NCBI GenBank assembly: GCA_964500055.1
Contig: CAZCMY010000002.1
Span: 2,913 to 49,680, forward strand
Length of the DNA stretch: 46,768 nt
Origin: an uncultured Acidaminococcales bacterium
GTDB taxonomy: Bacteria; Bacillota; Negativicutes; Acidaminococcales; Acidaminococcaceae
Direction: 5' to 3'
This document shows positions 20,081 through 29,879 of the stretch, one piece after another. The translations under genes were made by a program, and so were the position numbers. Below the pieces are notes generated by a model, which worked only from the letters and a program-made list of their open reading frames with translations, did no database searches and was not told the DNA's origin. Within the stretch, counting starts at the first letter, position 1. The number at the start of each line of letters is the position of its first letter.

Positions 20081-20901
20081 ATACTTTTCTCCTCTGCAGC
20101 ATCCCGTATATTTCCATGCGACAAAGCAACAATCTGACTTATCCGCTCTTCGTTAATGTTGTCACTTTCATTTAAAGTCAAATATAACAAGTACTCGATG
20201 TTTCCTTCAGGGCCTTTAATTGGTGAATAATCAAGGCCGCCTATACCAAATTTTTCATCTCTTGCCATCTTTATAACTTTTTCAATGACTTCTTCATGTA
20301 CTTTAGGATCACGCACAACACCCTTTTTGCCAACTTTTTCTCTGCCTGCTTCAAACTGCGGTTTTACTAAAGCAATAACACAGCCATCATCGCTTAAAAG
20401 TTTTTTGACTGCTGGTAGAACTTTATCAAGTGAAATAAAAGCAACGTCAATAGTTGCTATTTCAATTCGCTCTGGTAGTGAGGCTTCGTCCAAATATCTG
20501 ACATTCGTTCTTTCCATATTGACTACACGTTCATCGTTGCGAAGACTCCACGCAAGCTGTCCATAGCCGACATCAATTGCGTAAACTTTGCGCGCACCAT
20601 TTTGAAGAGAACAATCGGTGAATCCACCCGTAGAAGCTCCTATATCTGCAACAGTTTTATCCTTAAGTGAGATAGGAAAAACCTTCAGGGCTTTTTCCAG
20701 CTTTAATCCGCCACGACTAACATAAGGAAGTTTATTACCGATAATTTTAATCTTTACTTCATCAGTAACCTGAGTACCAGGTTTATCTACTTTAAGGTCA
20801 TTGACCAAAATCTGACCAGCCATGATAGCAGCTTGTGCCTTAGAACGGGTATCAAAAAATCCTTGTTCTACCAAAACTGCATCTAAACGTTTCTTTGCCA
20901 C
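20077..20901 (-). CDS. tlyA: TlyA family rRNA (cytidine-2'-O)-methyltransferase
   Basis: S4-like N-terminus (KKRLDAVLVEQGF..RSKAQAAI) plus an FtsJ-type SAM domain (DIGASTGGFTD). Trimmed to GTG 20901 (GGGGGA 5 nt upstream); it overlaps the dxs 3' end. Confidence 0.85.
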   Translation of the reverse strand: MAKKRLDAVLVEQGFFDTRSKAQAAIMAGQILVNDLKVDKPGTQVTDEVKIKIIGNKLPYVSRGGLKLEKALKVFPISLKDKTVADIGASTGGFTDCSLQNGARKVYAIDVGYGQLAWSLRNDERVVNMERTNVRYLDEASLPERIEIATIDVAFISLDKVLPAVKKLLSDDGCVIALVKPQFEAGREKVGKKGVVRDPKVHEEVIEKVIKMARDEKFGIGGLDYSPIKGPEGNIEYLLYLTLNESDNINEERISQIVALSHGNIRDAAEEKSI

Positions 20902-22793
20902 ACAGATCCCCCATTTTCCTCGGCTAACCACTCAGCAATATGTTTGGTCATACCTGACACATCCAGCTCAATATCTCTTAAAAGTAATTTTTTGTCACCA
21001 TGCGGGACAAGAGCATCTGGGACACCAAAAGTCAGTACTCTGGTATCACGCAATACATCATTTTTATTGAGTATTTCTAAAATTTCTGATCCAACGCCGC
21101 CAGCAAGAGCATTTTCTTCCATTACAACCAAATTGCTATAACTATTAGCACATTGAATTAACAATTCTTCATCAAGCGGTTTTATAAAACGCATGTTAAC
21201 AACGCCAGCATCAAGACCAGATTTTTGCAGTTGAGAAGCAACAGCAACAGCCGGTGCAACCATACTGCCAGCTGCCCAAATACAAACATCCTTACCTTTT
21301 CTTAGTTCTTCAGCTTTACCATAAGTCAACAGCTTCAACTCTTCGTTACAAGCTATACCAAGGCCGCTACCCCTGGGGTAGCGAATGGAGACAGGTCTTT
21401 TTAATTCAAGTGCAGTGTAAAGCATATGTCTCAATTCATTTTCGTCCTTTGGTGCCATAATTGTCATGCCTGGCATCATTCTGAGATATGAATAGTCGAA
21501 AATACCATGATGGGTATAGCCATCGTCACCAACTAAGCCGGCCCTGTCCAAACAAAATACTACCGGAAGGTTCTGCATACATACATCATGCAGAACTTGA
21601 TCATACGATCTTTGCAAAAACGTAGAATATATGGCTACTACAGGCTGCATATTATTAGCTGCCAATCCCGCTGCCATAGTAACTGCGTGCTGTTCGGCAA
21701 TACCAACATCAAAAGCCCTTTCCGGGAATTTATTAAAGAATTTGGCTAAGCCTGTACCATCGCGCATTGCTGCCGTAATAGCAACAATATCTGAATTCTT
21801 TTCAGCAATCTTGACTAACGTATCGCCAAACACTTCAGTATATGTTTTTGGGGCACCTTCTACCTTTATTTTTTCACCAGTTGTTACGTCAAAAGCACTG
21901 GTGCCATGAAATTTATCCGGATTTGTTTCTGCTGGTAAATATCCTTTACCCTTTTTTGTAATAACATGCACTAAAACAGGTTTATCAATCTTTTTTGCTC
22001 GTTCCATAATATCAATAAGCCCATCCAGATTATGACCATCAACTGGCCCTATATAGGTAAAGCCAAGTTGTTCAAAAAGCATGCCTGGCGCTAAAAAATA
22101 CTTTAAAGTATCTTTGACGCGACGTACAGTTTTTGCAACATGCTCACCAATTGTCGGTATGCTTTTTATTAAACTCTCAACATCTGTCTTAAGATGTGAA
22201 TAGGTTGGATCAGTTCTCAGCCTGCAAAGATATTCGGAAAGAGCGCCTACGTTCTCAGAAATAGACATTTCGTTATCATTAAGAATAACTATTATCTTTT
22301 TCTGCAATACTCCGGCATTATTCAATGCTTCTATTGCCATACCGCCTGTAAGAGCTCCATCGCCTATGACAGCAATAACATCGTAGTCATCACCCTTAAG
22401 ATCACGCGCAACAGCCATACCTAAAGCGGCAGAGATAGATGTGCTTGAGTGCCCGGTTCCAAAAGCATCGTGCTCGCTTTCACTCCTTTTAGGAAAGCCT
22501 GAAAGGCCACCATACTGGCGCAAAGTATCAAACATTTCTCTCCTACCGGTTATGATTTTATGAACATAAGACTGATGCCCTACATCCCAAACGATCTTAT
22601 CATTTGGTGTATTGAAAACTTTGTGTAAGGCCAACGTCAATTCAACAACACCTAAATTAGGAGCTAAATGTCCACCTGTTTTTGAAATGACATTAACCAA
22701 CAACTTCCTAATTTCTTGCGCAAGTTTTGTCATTTCTTCAATATTAAGTTTTTTTACGTCTGAAGGTGAATCAATTTTATTTAAAAACTGCAC
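20883..22793 (-). CDS. dxs: 1-deoxy-D-xylulose-5-phosphate synthase
   Basis: 636 aa with GGHLAPNLGVVELT, the GDG..TGGMA thiamine-PP motif and a transketolase-like C-terminus. GTG start with GGAAGGA 7 nt upstream. Confidence 0.96.
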   Translation of the reverse strand: MQFLNKIDSPSDVKKLNIEEMTKLAQEIRKLLVNVISKTGGHLAPNLGVVELTLALHKVFNTPNDKIVWDVGHQSYVHKIITGRREMFDTLRQYGGLSGFPKRSESEHDAFGTGHSSTSISAALGMAVARDLKGDDYDVIAVIGDGALTGGMAIEALNNAGVLQKKIIVILNDNEMSISENVGALSEYLCRLRTDPTYSHLKTDVESLIKSIPTIGEHVAKTVRRVKDTLKYFLAPGMLFEQLGFTYIGPVDGHNLDGLIDIMERAKKIDKPVLVHVITKKGKGYLPAETNPDKFHGTSAFDVTTGEKIKVEGAPKTYTEVFGDTLVKIAEKNSDIVAITAAMRDGTGLAKFFNKFPERAFDVGIAEQHAVTMAAGLAANNMQPVVAIYSTFLQRSYDQVLHDVCMQNLPVVFCLDRAGLVGDDGYTHHGIFDYSYLRMMPGMTIMAPKDENELRHMLYTALELKRPVSIRYPRGSGLGIACNEELKLLTYGKAEELRKGKDVCIWAAGSMVAPAVAVASQLQKSGLDAGVVNMRFIKPLDEELLIQCANSYSNLVVMEENALAGGVGSEILEILNKNDVLRDTRVLTFGVPDALVPHGDKKLLLRDIELDVSGMTKHIAEWLAEENGGSVWQRNV

Positions 22794-22847
22794 TGGACAA
22801 TCCTTCCTTTTTTAAAGGTATACGAAACGTAAATTATTTTATAATAA

Positions 22848-23723
22848 TCAAGATTTGCGATTACAAATCATATTTGCAATATCACGCAGTGGCTCAGCAT
22901 TGTCGCCAAATATTTCTAGGCATCCCCGAGCTTCATTTATTGTTTTTTCTGCCAGTGCTTTGGCTCCCTCTAAAGTATAAAGAGTTACATAGGTAGTTTT
23001 TGCGTTTTTTGCATCACTGCCGGCAGGTTTTCCCATTTCCTGCAAATTACCTTCTACGTCAAGGACATCATCAGTTATTTGAAATGCTAAACCAATCAAA
23101 TCAGCAAATTTTGTCAGGGCAAGTAATTGCTGGCTGTCTGCACCGGCAAGACGTGCACCTGCTCTTACAGCAGCAATAAACATTGCACCTGTTTTAGCAG
23201 CATGTAATGTATTTAGGTCAGTCATAGATATATCTTTGCCTTCAGCATCAATATCAAGAGCCTGTCCTCCTACCATTCCATAATTACCGGCACACATAGC
23301 CACTTCCCGTATCGTTTCAACTAAAACATCCGAACTTACATTTTTCTGTTCAAGCATAACTTCAAAGGCCAAGGTAAGAAGTGCGTCACCGGCAAGCAAC
23401 GCCATTCCATCACCATAAACCTTGTGATTGGTTAATCTTCCTCTTCTGTAATCATCATTATCCATTAAAGGCAAGTCATCATGAATCAGCGAATAGGTAT
23501 GAATCATTTCCAAACCGCATGCAACAGGAAGATAGTTATAGCCATTGCCGCCAACCGTATCTGCTGTCGCCATTAAAAGGAGAGGGCGTATGCGTTTGCC
23601 ACCAGCCAAAAGACTGTATTTCATGGCTTCATCAACACGTGATATTCCTTTTTTCTGCATACGTTTTTCCAGATAACTATTTACTAATTTTTTTCTATCT
23701 TCATAATACTTTGCAAAATCCAT
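22848..23723 (-). CDS. ispA: Farnesyl/geranyl diphosphate synthase (polyprenyl synthetase family)
   Basis: First and second Asp-rich motifs (LIHDDLPLMDNDDYRRG; FQITDDVLD). Trimmed from 23771 to ATG 23723, immediately after the xseB stop. Confidence 0.9.
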   Translation of the reverse strand: MDFAKYYEDRKKLVNSYLEKRMQKKGISRVDEAMKYSLLAGGKRIRPLLLMATADTVGGNGYNYLPVACGLEMIHTYSLIHDDLPLMDNDDYRRGRLTNHKVYGDGMALLAGDALLTLAFEVMLEQKNVSSDVLVETIREVAMCAGNYGMVGGQALDIDAEGKDISMTDLNTLHAAKTGAMFIAAVRAGARLAGADSQQLLALTKFADLIGLAFQITDDVLDVEGNLQEMGKPAGSDAKNAKTTYVTLYTLEGAKALAEKTINEARGCLEIFGDNAEPLRDIANMICNRKS

Positions 23724-23724
23724 A

Positions 23725-23973
23725 CTATTCTTCAACCTCTCCAAATGGCACATATTTATAATTTTCGTCATTAGTTGCGATGACTTTCTGAACCTCTTGC
23801 TGAGCAGTGTTTAATTTGGAATGACAGACCTGACTTAACTCAACACCCTCTTTAAAAACTTCTAAAGCCTCTTCCAAGGATAAGTCGCCGCGTTCCAATG
23901 ATTGAACATTAGCTTCAAGTTTGCTTAACGCATCTTCAAATTTCAAGTCTTTAATCTTCTTTTTTACTGGCAT
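23725..23973 (-). CDS. xseB: Exodeoxyribonuclease VII small subunit
   Basis: 82 aa, FEDALSKLE..V..LE.GDLSLEEAL..F.EG is typical XseB. Confidence 0.9.
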   Translation of the reverse strand: MPVKKKIKDLKFEDALSKLEANVQSLERGDLSLEEALEVFKEGVELSQVCHSKLNTAQQEVQKVIATNDENYKYVPFGEVEE

Positions 23974-23980
23974 ATCATTT

Positions 23981-25186
23981 TTACCGCCTTTTCACATCTG
24001 TCACTGCTGATAAGATAAATCCATCTTTTGTAACAGTTTCAATTGACTCACCAATATTTACAGCATCTATAGTTTTAATAATTGTTCCATCTGCTTTTCT
24101 TGCTATGCTATATCCTCGACTCATTATATTTAAAGGACTGGAAGCATCGAGTCTTGTCACAAGCAATGCATATTTATGCTCAAACTCTTGCTGTATTCTA
24201 TTCATTGACAAAAATATACGATTGAGACAGTTGTCAACTGCAATTTTCTTGTCAGCCAACCACCTATCAGGCTCTTTTAAAACTAATGCATTTGAGATCT
24301 CAATAATTTTGCTTTCGTTTCTTTCAAAGAAGGCAGTAACAGCACGTATATTTCTTTGATTCAGTTGTTCAAGGTGCCGAAGAAGTTCCCGAACATTAGG
24401 AACAACTATTTCAGCAGCTTGTGATGGTGTAGCAGCTCTACGGTCCGATGCAAAATCAGCAAGTGTAAAATCAGTTTCATGCCCAATTGCAGTTACAACC
24501 GGAATTACCGAAGAAGCAATGGCCCGAACAACTCTTTCTTCATTGAACGCCCACAAATCTTCTATAGATCCGCCCCCTCTTCCAACTATAAGGACGTCAG
24601 CCAGATTGTGTTTATTCATGAAATTAATTGCTTTAACTATTTCTCCCCCCGCGTCTTCTCCTTGCACCTTAACAGGAAAAAATACCAAATTTACACCAGG
24701 ATTGCGCCGCTTGGAAACTGTTATTATATCATGAATTGCAGCACCGGATTGAGACGTAATAATACCAATTCTTTGCGGTTGAGTTGGTATTTCACGTTTT
24801 CTTGCAGAAGAAAAAAGGCCTTCCTGTTCAAGTTTTTGCTTCAACTTTTCGTAGGCTACCATTAAATCGCCTGCACCGCTGGCAATCATTATATCAACAT
24901 ATAACTGATAGATGCCGTCGCGTTCGTAAACACCGATTCGCCCAATAGCCAGAACCTGGTCGCCGTCTTTAGGTAAAAATTTGAGTTCAGCAGCTCTGCC
25001 ACGAAACATAACTGCCTTGATAACACTATTTTTATCCTTTAGTGTAAAGTAGCAATGCCCTGAAGCATATCTTCTAAAATTCGATACTTCGCCACGGAGC
25101 TGGATATTAAAAAACTCAGCGCGTGTTTCGATCATTTGTTTTATTATTCTATTAACATCACTAACTGTGTAGATGCTGTCAATCAT
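23981..25186 (-). CDS. xseA: Exodeoxyribonuclease VII large subunit
   Basis: YTVSDVNRIIKQM...GEVSNF..ASGHCYFTLKD OB-fold N-terminus and GRGGGS.EDLW.FN motif. Trimmed to ATG 25186 (ATGATTGA overlap with the upstream stop). Confidence 0.92.
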   Translation of the reverse strand: MIDSIYTVSDVNRIIKQMIETRAEFFNIQLRGEVSNFRRYASGHCYFTLKDKNSVIKAVMFRGRAAELKFLPKDGDQVLAIGRIGVYERDGIYQLYVDIMIASGAGDLMVAYEKLKQKLEQEGLFSSARKREIPTQPQRIGIITSQSGAAIHDIITVSKRRNPGVNLVFFPVKVQGEDAGGEIVKAINFMNKHNLADVLIVGRGGGSIEDLWAFNEERVVRAIASSVIPVVTAIGHETDFTLADFASDRRAATPSQAAEIVVPNVRELLRHLEQLNQRNIRAVTAFFERNESKIIEISNALVLKEPDRWLADKKIAVDNCLNRIFLSMNRIQQEFEHKYALLVTRLDASSPLNIMSRGYSIARKADGTIIKTIDAVNIGESIETVTKDGFILSAVTDVKRR

Positions 25187-26141
25187 CGCGTTTCTCCAAC
25201 ATTCTTCTTGCTGCCGCTGCACAGCCAACAGCATTATCTGAACTATACAGCGAGTCTGGTACATAAAGCATTATATTATGCTCTGCAAGTTTTTCACTGA
25301 TATGTTTTCTTATATATTTATTAGCAGTCACGCCTCCTACCAAAAGAACATCAGCAATCTGATGTTTTTTCGCTGCATTTAATATACAGCGGGCAAATGA
25401 CTCGGCTAACGAATTTTCAACGCCAAGAGCTATTTTTGATGAAGGAATGCCAGCGTCAATTGCTCTTAAAGCCGCTGTTGCTGGACCGGAAAGACTAATT
25501 TCGCAATCTCTTACTGAAACAGGTAGCGAATATATCTCATCACTTTGTGCGGCAAATTTCTCTAGTTCTGCACCGGCAGGAAACTTCAAGCCTAAGGCAA
25601 CACCTACCCTATCTACGTATTGGCCAGCATTCAGATCAATACTGCCGCCAATCTCGCTGAGAGTAAAGTTAGCTGCAGCATTTGCTTCAGCTAATAACAA
25701 ATCAGTTGTCCCCCCTGAAGCATGTAACATTAAAAATTTGGAAGAACCCTTAAACCCCGATGACCAGATTCCTGCTTCAAGATGATTCTCCTGATGACTT
25801 ATTGGAACCAATTCTGCCCCCAACATAGCTGCAAATGATCTGGCTAATCCATAACCAGACAAAAAAGCCGGCATATATGAGTTTTCAATCGGCCTTGGCT
25901 GTTTGGAAACGCCAATACCGATAATCTTCATATCATGCCGGCAAAATATCTTTTCTATTAATTCCGGCAGGTTGCGAGTGTGCTGAAAAACCATTTCAGA
26001 TTGTGCCAAGCCACGCCTTCCAGGCTTGACTTCCAAAACACGGCGTACCTCATCAACCAAATTCCCCTGCCTATCGAGAACTGCTACTGATGTAGTGTAG
26101 CAGCTTGTATCAATGCCTAAATATCCTTCAAATGCTTCCAT
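25179..26141 (-). CDS. Divergent TsaD/Kae1 (peptidase M22, ASKHA-fold)-like protein, function unknown
   Basis: Keeps LGIDTSCYTTSVAV, an HxxxH pair (SHQENHLEAG), HASGGTTDLL, LVGGVTANKYIR and SSDNAVG. It departs from canonical TsaD in the GPGL and DDA.GEAFDK regions. Its start overlaps the nusB 3' end by 14 nt. Confidence 0.62.
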   Translation of the reverse strand: MEAFEGYLGIDTSCYTTSVAVLDRQGNLVDEVRRVLEVKPGRRGLAQSEMVFQHTRNLPELIEKIFCRHDMKIIGIGVSKQPRPIENSYMPAFLSGYGLARSFAAMLGAELVPISHQENHLEAGIWSSGFKGSSKFLMLHASGGTTDLLLAEANAAANFTLSEIGGSIDLNAGQYVDRVGVALGLKFPAGAELEKFAAQSDEIYSLPVSVRDCEISLSGPATAALRAIDAGIPSSKIALGVENSLAESFARCILNAAKKHQIADVLLVGGVTANKYIRKHISEKLAEHNIMLYVPDSLYSSDNAVGCAAAARRMLEKRDD

Positions 26142-26538
26142 GGTTCTTGACCATCTTCCCTAACACACCATTAATAAATCTGGCTGAATCTTCCGTGCCA
26201 TACTTCTTTGCTACCTCAACTGCTTCGTTGATTGCAACTGATGAAGCAATAGCATCAGTGGAAAGAAAAATTTCATAGATAGCTATACGTAAAATGTTAC
26301 GATCTACAGCCGGCATGCGATCAACTGCCCAGTCAATTGCATAAGCGGCTATTTTAGCATCAATTGCAGACAAATTAGTAAGAATACCATCCAAAAGAGC
26401 CAGCGCATAGGCATCCTCTTCTTCGGATATTTCTCCTTCTTTAGCAGCGGCAAAAGCTGCCAGTGGTGCTGTATCTTTTGAAAAATCTATTTGAAACAAA
26501 CTTTTTAAAACAAGCTCACGTGAATTTCTACGACTCAT
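26128..26538 (-). CDS. nusB: Transcription antitermination factor NusB
   Basis: 136 aa. SRRNSRELVLKSLFQIDF... and the C-terminal NEAVEVAKKYG...FINGVLG are typical NusB. Confidence 0.92.
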   Translation of the reverse strand: MSRRNSRELVLKSLFQIDFSKDTAPLAAFAAAKEGEISEEEDAYALALLDGILTNLSAIDAKIAAYAIDWAVDRMPAVDRNILRIAIYEIFLSTDAIASSVAINEAVEVAKKYGTEDSARFINGVLGKMVKNHGSI

Positions 26539-26559
26539 ATTTTTCCTCTTTCATAGTTA

Positions 26560-26787
26560 TTATCTGTGATGGCCAGGTGGCAAAAGGCGGTCAAGTACAT
26601 CCATTAAATCTTCCTTGTTGTCTATTCGTTTGCCAAGCAAATATCCTGCTGTAATACATATCAACAAGAAGATAGTCTGGAAAAAGCCCAGAATCAAGAA
26701 CATCGCGCCAATAGTCAAACCAAACAACGATCCTACGAGACGTCCTCTGTAATTTTCCCAAAGATTTTGCAAGATCTCAGAAAACAT
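26560..26787 (-). CDS. Small integral membrane protein, DUF2273-like
   Basis: About 75 aa with two TM helices, in the conserved position after amaP/asp23. Trimmed to ATG 26787 after AGGAG. Confidence 0.65.
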   Translation of the reverse strand: MFSEILQNLWENYRGRLVGSLFGLTIGAMFLILGFFQTIFLLICITAGYLLGKRIDNKEDLMDVLDRLLPPGHHR

Positions 26788-26814
26788 AAATCTATCTCCT
26801 CTCACTTTAATTTA

Positions 26815-27333
26815 CTATTTTTTTGCTTGTATATGTTTAAAAAATACTTCAATATCTTTTACTTCCACTCCAAGTGTTGACATAACGCTCTTGCGAATAA
26901 CCTGTTTCATTTCATCGGTAGTATCAGGAATATTTATCGCAGGTTCAATGGATGAATTAATTCGCAAATTTAGAGCATTATCTATCATCTTCGCTGAAGC
27001 CTTAGCGTTGTGGACACCATAAATGTCATTAGCAATTTCTGATACATAATCCTCGACAGCATTTTTGCTTACATGAATTTTACCTTCTTTATCATCGCCC
27101 AATGAAAGCGTACTTACACCAGTACCGCCAAGACCTGTTACTAATAAACGAAGGCTGACCAATAAAAGCACAACACCGCCAACGGCATACTCCCATTTAC
27201 CTGGTATTGTAGCGCAAAAAGCATAAACGGTAGTAGGCGCAATTATTTGCAAGGCAAATAAAACTAAAAAAACAGCTACTACAGCCATTAAGATAGTGTA
27301 TAAGGTTAAAATAATCCTATCAGGTATACCCAT
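26815..27333 (-). CDS. amaP: Alkaline shock response membrane anchor protein AmaP-like
   Basis: N-terminal TM helices followed by an Asp23-like soluble segment. It lies directly downstream of the asp23 homolog, as in staphylococcal and clostridial asp23 operons. Confidence 0.68.
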   Translation of the reverse strand: MGIPDRIILTLYTILMAVVAVFLVLFALQIIAPTTVYAFCATIPGKWEYAVGGVVLLLVSLRLLVTGLGGTGVSTLSLGDDKEGKIHVSKNAVEDYVSEIANDIYGVHNAKASAKMIDNALNLRINSSIEPAINIPDTTDEMKQVIRKSVMSTLGVEVKDIEVFFKHIQAKK

Positions 27334-27362
27334 ACTTAAAATCCCTCTTTCCTGTAACTACT

Positions 27363-27785
27363 TTAAAAATTTTCTTGCTCTTCAATTTCTATTGCTTTAC
27401 GTCTTGCAATTCCTTGTACATGGATATCAACAGCGGCAACTTCAAATCCAGTCATGCTTTCTACTGCCTCTTTTACCTTTTCCTGAATTTCTATAGCAAC
27501 CTCTGGTATGCAGATACCATAATCAATAATAACATAAATCTCTACAGTAACAGTTTTGCCGGTTACTATAACTTTAACGCCTTTGGAGAAGTTTTTCTTG
27601 CCAAGAAGCTCAGCAATGCCGCCAGCCAATCCTCCGCTCATTCCCGCGACACCCGCTACTTCTGTGGCTGCTAATCCCGCAACAATACTTATTACTTCAT
27701 CAGCAATTTTTACAGAACCAACTTCTTCAGGAATGTCACCCTGTTCATTTACTTTTACCTGTTCAATATCCTGGTCTTCATTCAT
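27363..27785 (-). CDS. asp23: Asp23/Gls24 family envelope stress protein
   Basis: IADEVISIVAGLAATEVAGVAGM...KGVKV...V.V.IYVIIDYG..IPEVA..IQEKVKEAVE..TG is typical Asp23. Trimmed to ATG 27785 after GGAGGG. Confidence 0.85.
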   Translation of the reverse strand: MNEDQDIEQVKVNEQGDIPEEVGSVKIADEVISIVAGLAATEVAGVAGMSGGLAGGIAELLGKKNFSKGVKVIVTGKTVTVEIYVIIDYGICIPEVAIEIQEKVKEAVESMTGFEVAAVDIHVQGIARRKAIEIEEQENF

Positions 27786-27835
27786 GGCCGGCCCTCCTTG
27801 AACTGAATGCAAAAAACCTACAACGTTACTGCTTA

Positions 27836-27864
27836 ATTATACCATAGGTTCTTTAGCAATGCCA
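27836..27864 (-). promoter_or_regulatory. Putative extended -10 promoter of the asp23-nusB-xseAB... operon
   Basis: On the minus strand, TGgTATAAT (-10 at 27836-27841), with a weak -35 (TGGCAT) 17 nt upstream. It shares a 13-mer with the rpsB promoter. Confidence 0.4.
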
Positions 27865-27899
27865 CGTAAAGACAATGAACAATGTATATATTCAATGAT

Positions 27900-27930
27900 A
27901 AATAGAAAAACGCTCAAAAATGAGCGTTTT
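27900..27930 (-). terminator. Rho-independent terminator after efp
   Basis: AAAACGCUCA / UGAGCGUUUU stem (27907-27930) with a 4-nt loop, followed by UCUAUU on the minus strand. Confidence 0.7.
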
Positions 27931-27935
27931 AGTAA

Positions 27936-28493
27936 TTAAGCACGTTCGATATAATCACCAGTTCTGGTATCTATTCTAAGAACATCACCTTCATTAATAA
28001 AGAGAGGAACTTTTACAACATAACCAGTATCAAGTTTTGCGGGCTTGCTGCCGCCTGTTGCGGTATCTCCGCGGATGCCAGGATCTGTTTCAACAACTTT
28101 TAACTCTACAGTATTAGGTAAATCAATACCAAGAATGCGTCCTTCATAAACCATGATTTTGACATCCATGTTTTCTTTCAGGAAGTTTACTGCATTGCCA
28201 AGCTGTTCTTTGGTAAGTTCAACTTGCTCATAATTTTCATTATCCATAAAATTATAAGCACCATCACCCTCATAGAGGTATTGCATCTCTCTACGGTCGA
28301 CATGGGCTTTTGGTAAACGTTCACCAGCATTGAAAGTACGCTCTATGACAGCGCCTGTGCAAAGATTACGCATTTTAGCACGAACGAAAGCAGCACCTTT
28401 TCCTGGTTTTACGTGTTGGAACTCAACTACCTGCCACGCATCGCCATCAATGGTAACAGTTACGTTAGTTTTGAATTCATTTGTTGAAATCAT
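27936..28493 (-). CDS. efp: Elongation factor P
   Basis: [44 protein letters not shown] is canonical EF-P. Trimmed to ATG 28493 after AGGAGGG. Confidence 0.96.
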   Translation of the reverse strand: MISTNEFKTNVTVTIDGDAWQVVEFQHVKPGKGAAFVRAKMRNLCTGAVIERTFNAGERLPKAHVDRREMQYLYEGDGAYNFMDNENYEQVELTKEQLGNAVNFLKENMDVKIMVYEGRILGIDLPNTVELKVVETDPGIRGDTATGGSKPAKLDTGYVVKVPLFINEGDVLRIDTRTGDYIERA

Positions 28494-28518
28494 ATTAACC
28501 CTCCTGAATTTAAAAATC

Positions 28519-29577
28519 CTAATTAATTTCAAATAATCGCTTGCTAGCGTTTGTCAAAACATTACAGCCATTAGGTGCAATTACAATGACATCTTCTATA
28601 CGAACCCCGCCTTTGCCGGGTATGTATATCCCTGGTTCTACAGTAACAACCATGTTAGTTTCTAATTTTTCTTTACCACGTCTGGAAGCAACAGGCAATT
28701 CATGAATGTCCAGGCCAACGCCATGACCCAAGCCATGCCCGAAATATTGACCGTAACCATGACTTGTTATATAACTACGCACAACCGCATCAAGCTCTGT
28801 ACCAGTAATACCTGCCTTGGCATTCTTAATTCCCAACATTTGTGCTTCACTTACTAATTCATAAATCTCTCGCTGCCAGGAAGAGGCACAGCCAATTACT
28901 AAAGTCCTTGTAATATCAGAATGATACCCTGAATAAATGGCACCGAAATCAAAAGTTACAAAATCTCCTCTTTCTATTACCTTAGAAGAAGCAATACCAT
29001 GTGGCAAGGCTGACCTTATACCAGACGCGACAATCGTTGGAAAAGAAACACCTTCGGACCCAAGTCTTCGCATCTCATACTCAAGTAATGCGGCTGCTTC
29101 TGTTTCACGCATTCCTTCATGCAGGTTGTCAAGCATAAACTCAAAGGCCTTATCGGAAATTTCAACGGCTTTTTTAATAAGCGCTAATTCTTCTTCGTCT
29201 TTAATGCTCCGCAAGCTAACAAGTGAAAGACTTGACAATGTACTATCACTTAGTTGAGAACTCAGGCATTGAAAGTCATTATATGAAAAGCACTCACCAT
29301 CAAAGGCAAATTTGCCGCCAGAAAAGCTCAGCTTTCTTATTGCATCCCAAAGTCCATCTGTATGTTCCAATACAAGACACTCCGGTGCTTGAGCAGCAGC
29401 CTGCAACGTATATCTTGAATCAGTAATAATAACAGCTTGCTTGTTATCAATAAAAATAAGACTATCATCACCGGAAAAACCGGTGAAATAGCGGATAGAA
29501 GACAAGCCCTTAATAAAAATCCCCGACAATCCTCTTTCCTGAAGAAAATGTCGAAGCCTATCTATCCTATTCATCAT
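28519..29577 (-). CDS. pepP: Xaa-Pro aminopeptidase (peptidase M24B)
   Basis: Creatinase-like N-domain plus an M24 domain with metal ligands (DFGA.Y.GY.SD.TRT; HG.GH.VGLD.HE; EPG.Y). The pepP-efp pairing is conserved. Confidence 0.88.
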   Translation of the reverse strand: MMNRIDRLRHFLQERGLSGIFIKGLSSIRYFTGFSGDDSLIFIDNKQAVIITDSRYTLQAAAQAPECLVLEHTDGLWDAIRKLSFSGGKFAFDGECFSYNDFQCLSSQLSDSTLSSLSLVSLRSIKDEEELALIKKAVEISDKAFEFMLDNLHEGMRETEAAALLEYEMRRLGSEGVSFPTIVASGIRSALPHGIASSKVIERGDFVTFDFGAIYSGYHSDITRTLVIGCASSWQREIYELVSEAQMLGIKNAKAGITGTELDAVVRSYITSHGYGQYFGHGLGHGVGLDIHELPVASRRGKEKLETNMVVTVEPGIYIPGKGGVRIEDVIVIAPNGCNVLTNASKRLFEIN

Positions 29578-29648
29578 AACACGTCCTGCAAAAATTTGTA
29601 AAAATTAAACAATTACTTAGACATTTTATCACATTTTTTCTTGTTTGC

Positions 29649-29879
29649 CTATTCACCTTCCCGAAAATTTTCCAGGATTTCTACTGCGAATGGAAGATTG
29701 TTAAGAATTAACAAAACATCAGCAACTGTATCAGGTGTTCCAAGTAATTTAATTATGCCATCACTTGCATTTATTGTACTAACCAATGCTAAATGCTCAT
29801 AGCCTTCCATAATCCTCGTTACATCAGCAATTTCAGCTTTCTGAACCTTTGCATAAACAATGCCGCTGGATTTTATCAT
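29649..29879 (-). CDS. Small conserved protein, DUF4911-like
   Basis: 76 aa. The pattern VYAKV...I..V.RIMEGYEHLALVSTI....G.IKLLGTPD matches my recollection of DUF4911. ATGA overlap with the U32 gene stop. Confidence 0.5.
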   Translation of the reverse strand: MIKSSGIVYAKVQKAEIADVTRIMEGYEHLALVSTINASDGIIKLLGTPDTVADVLLILNNLPFAVEILENFREGE

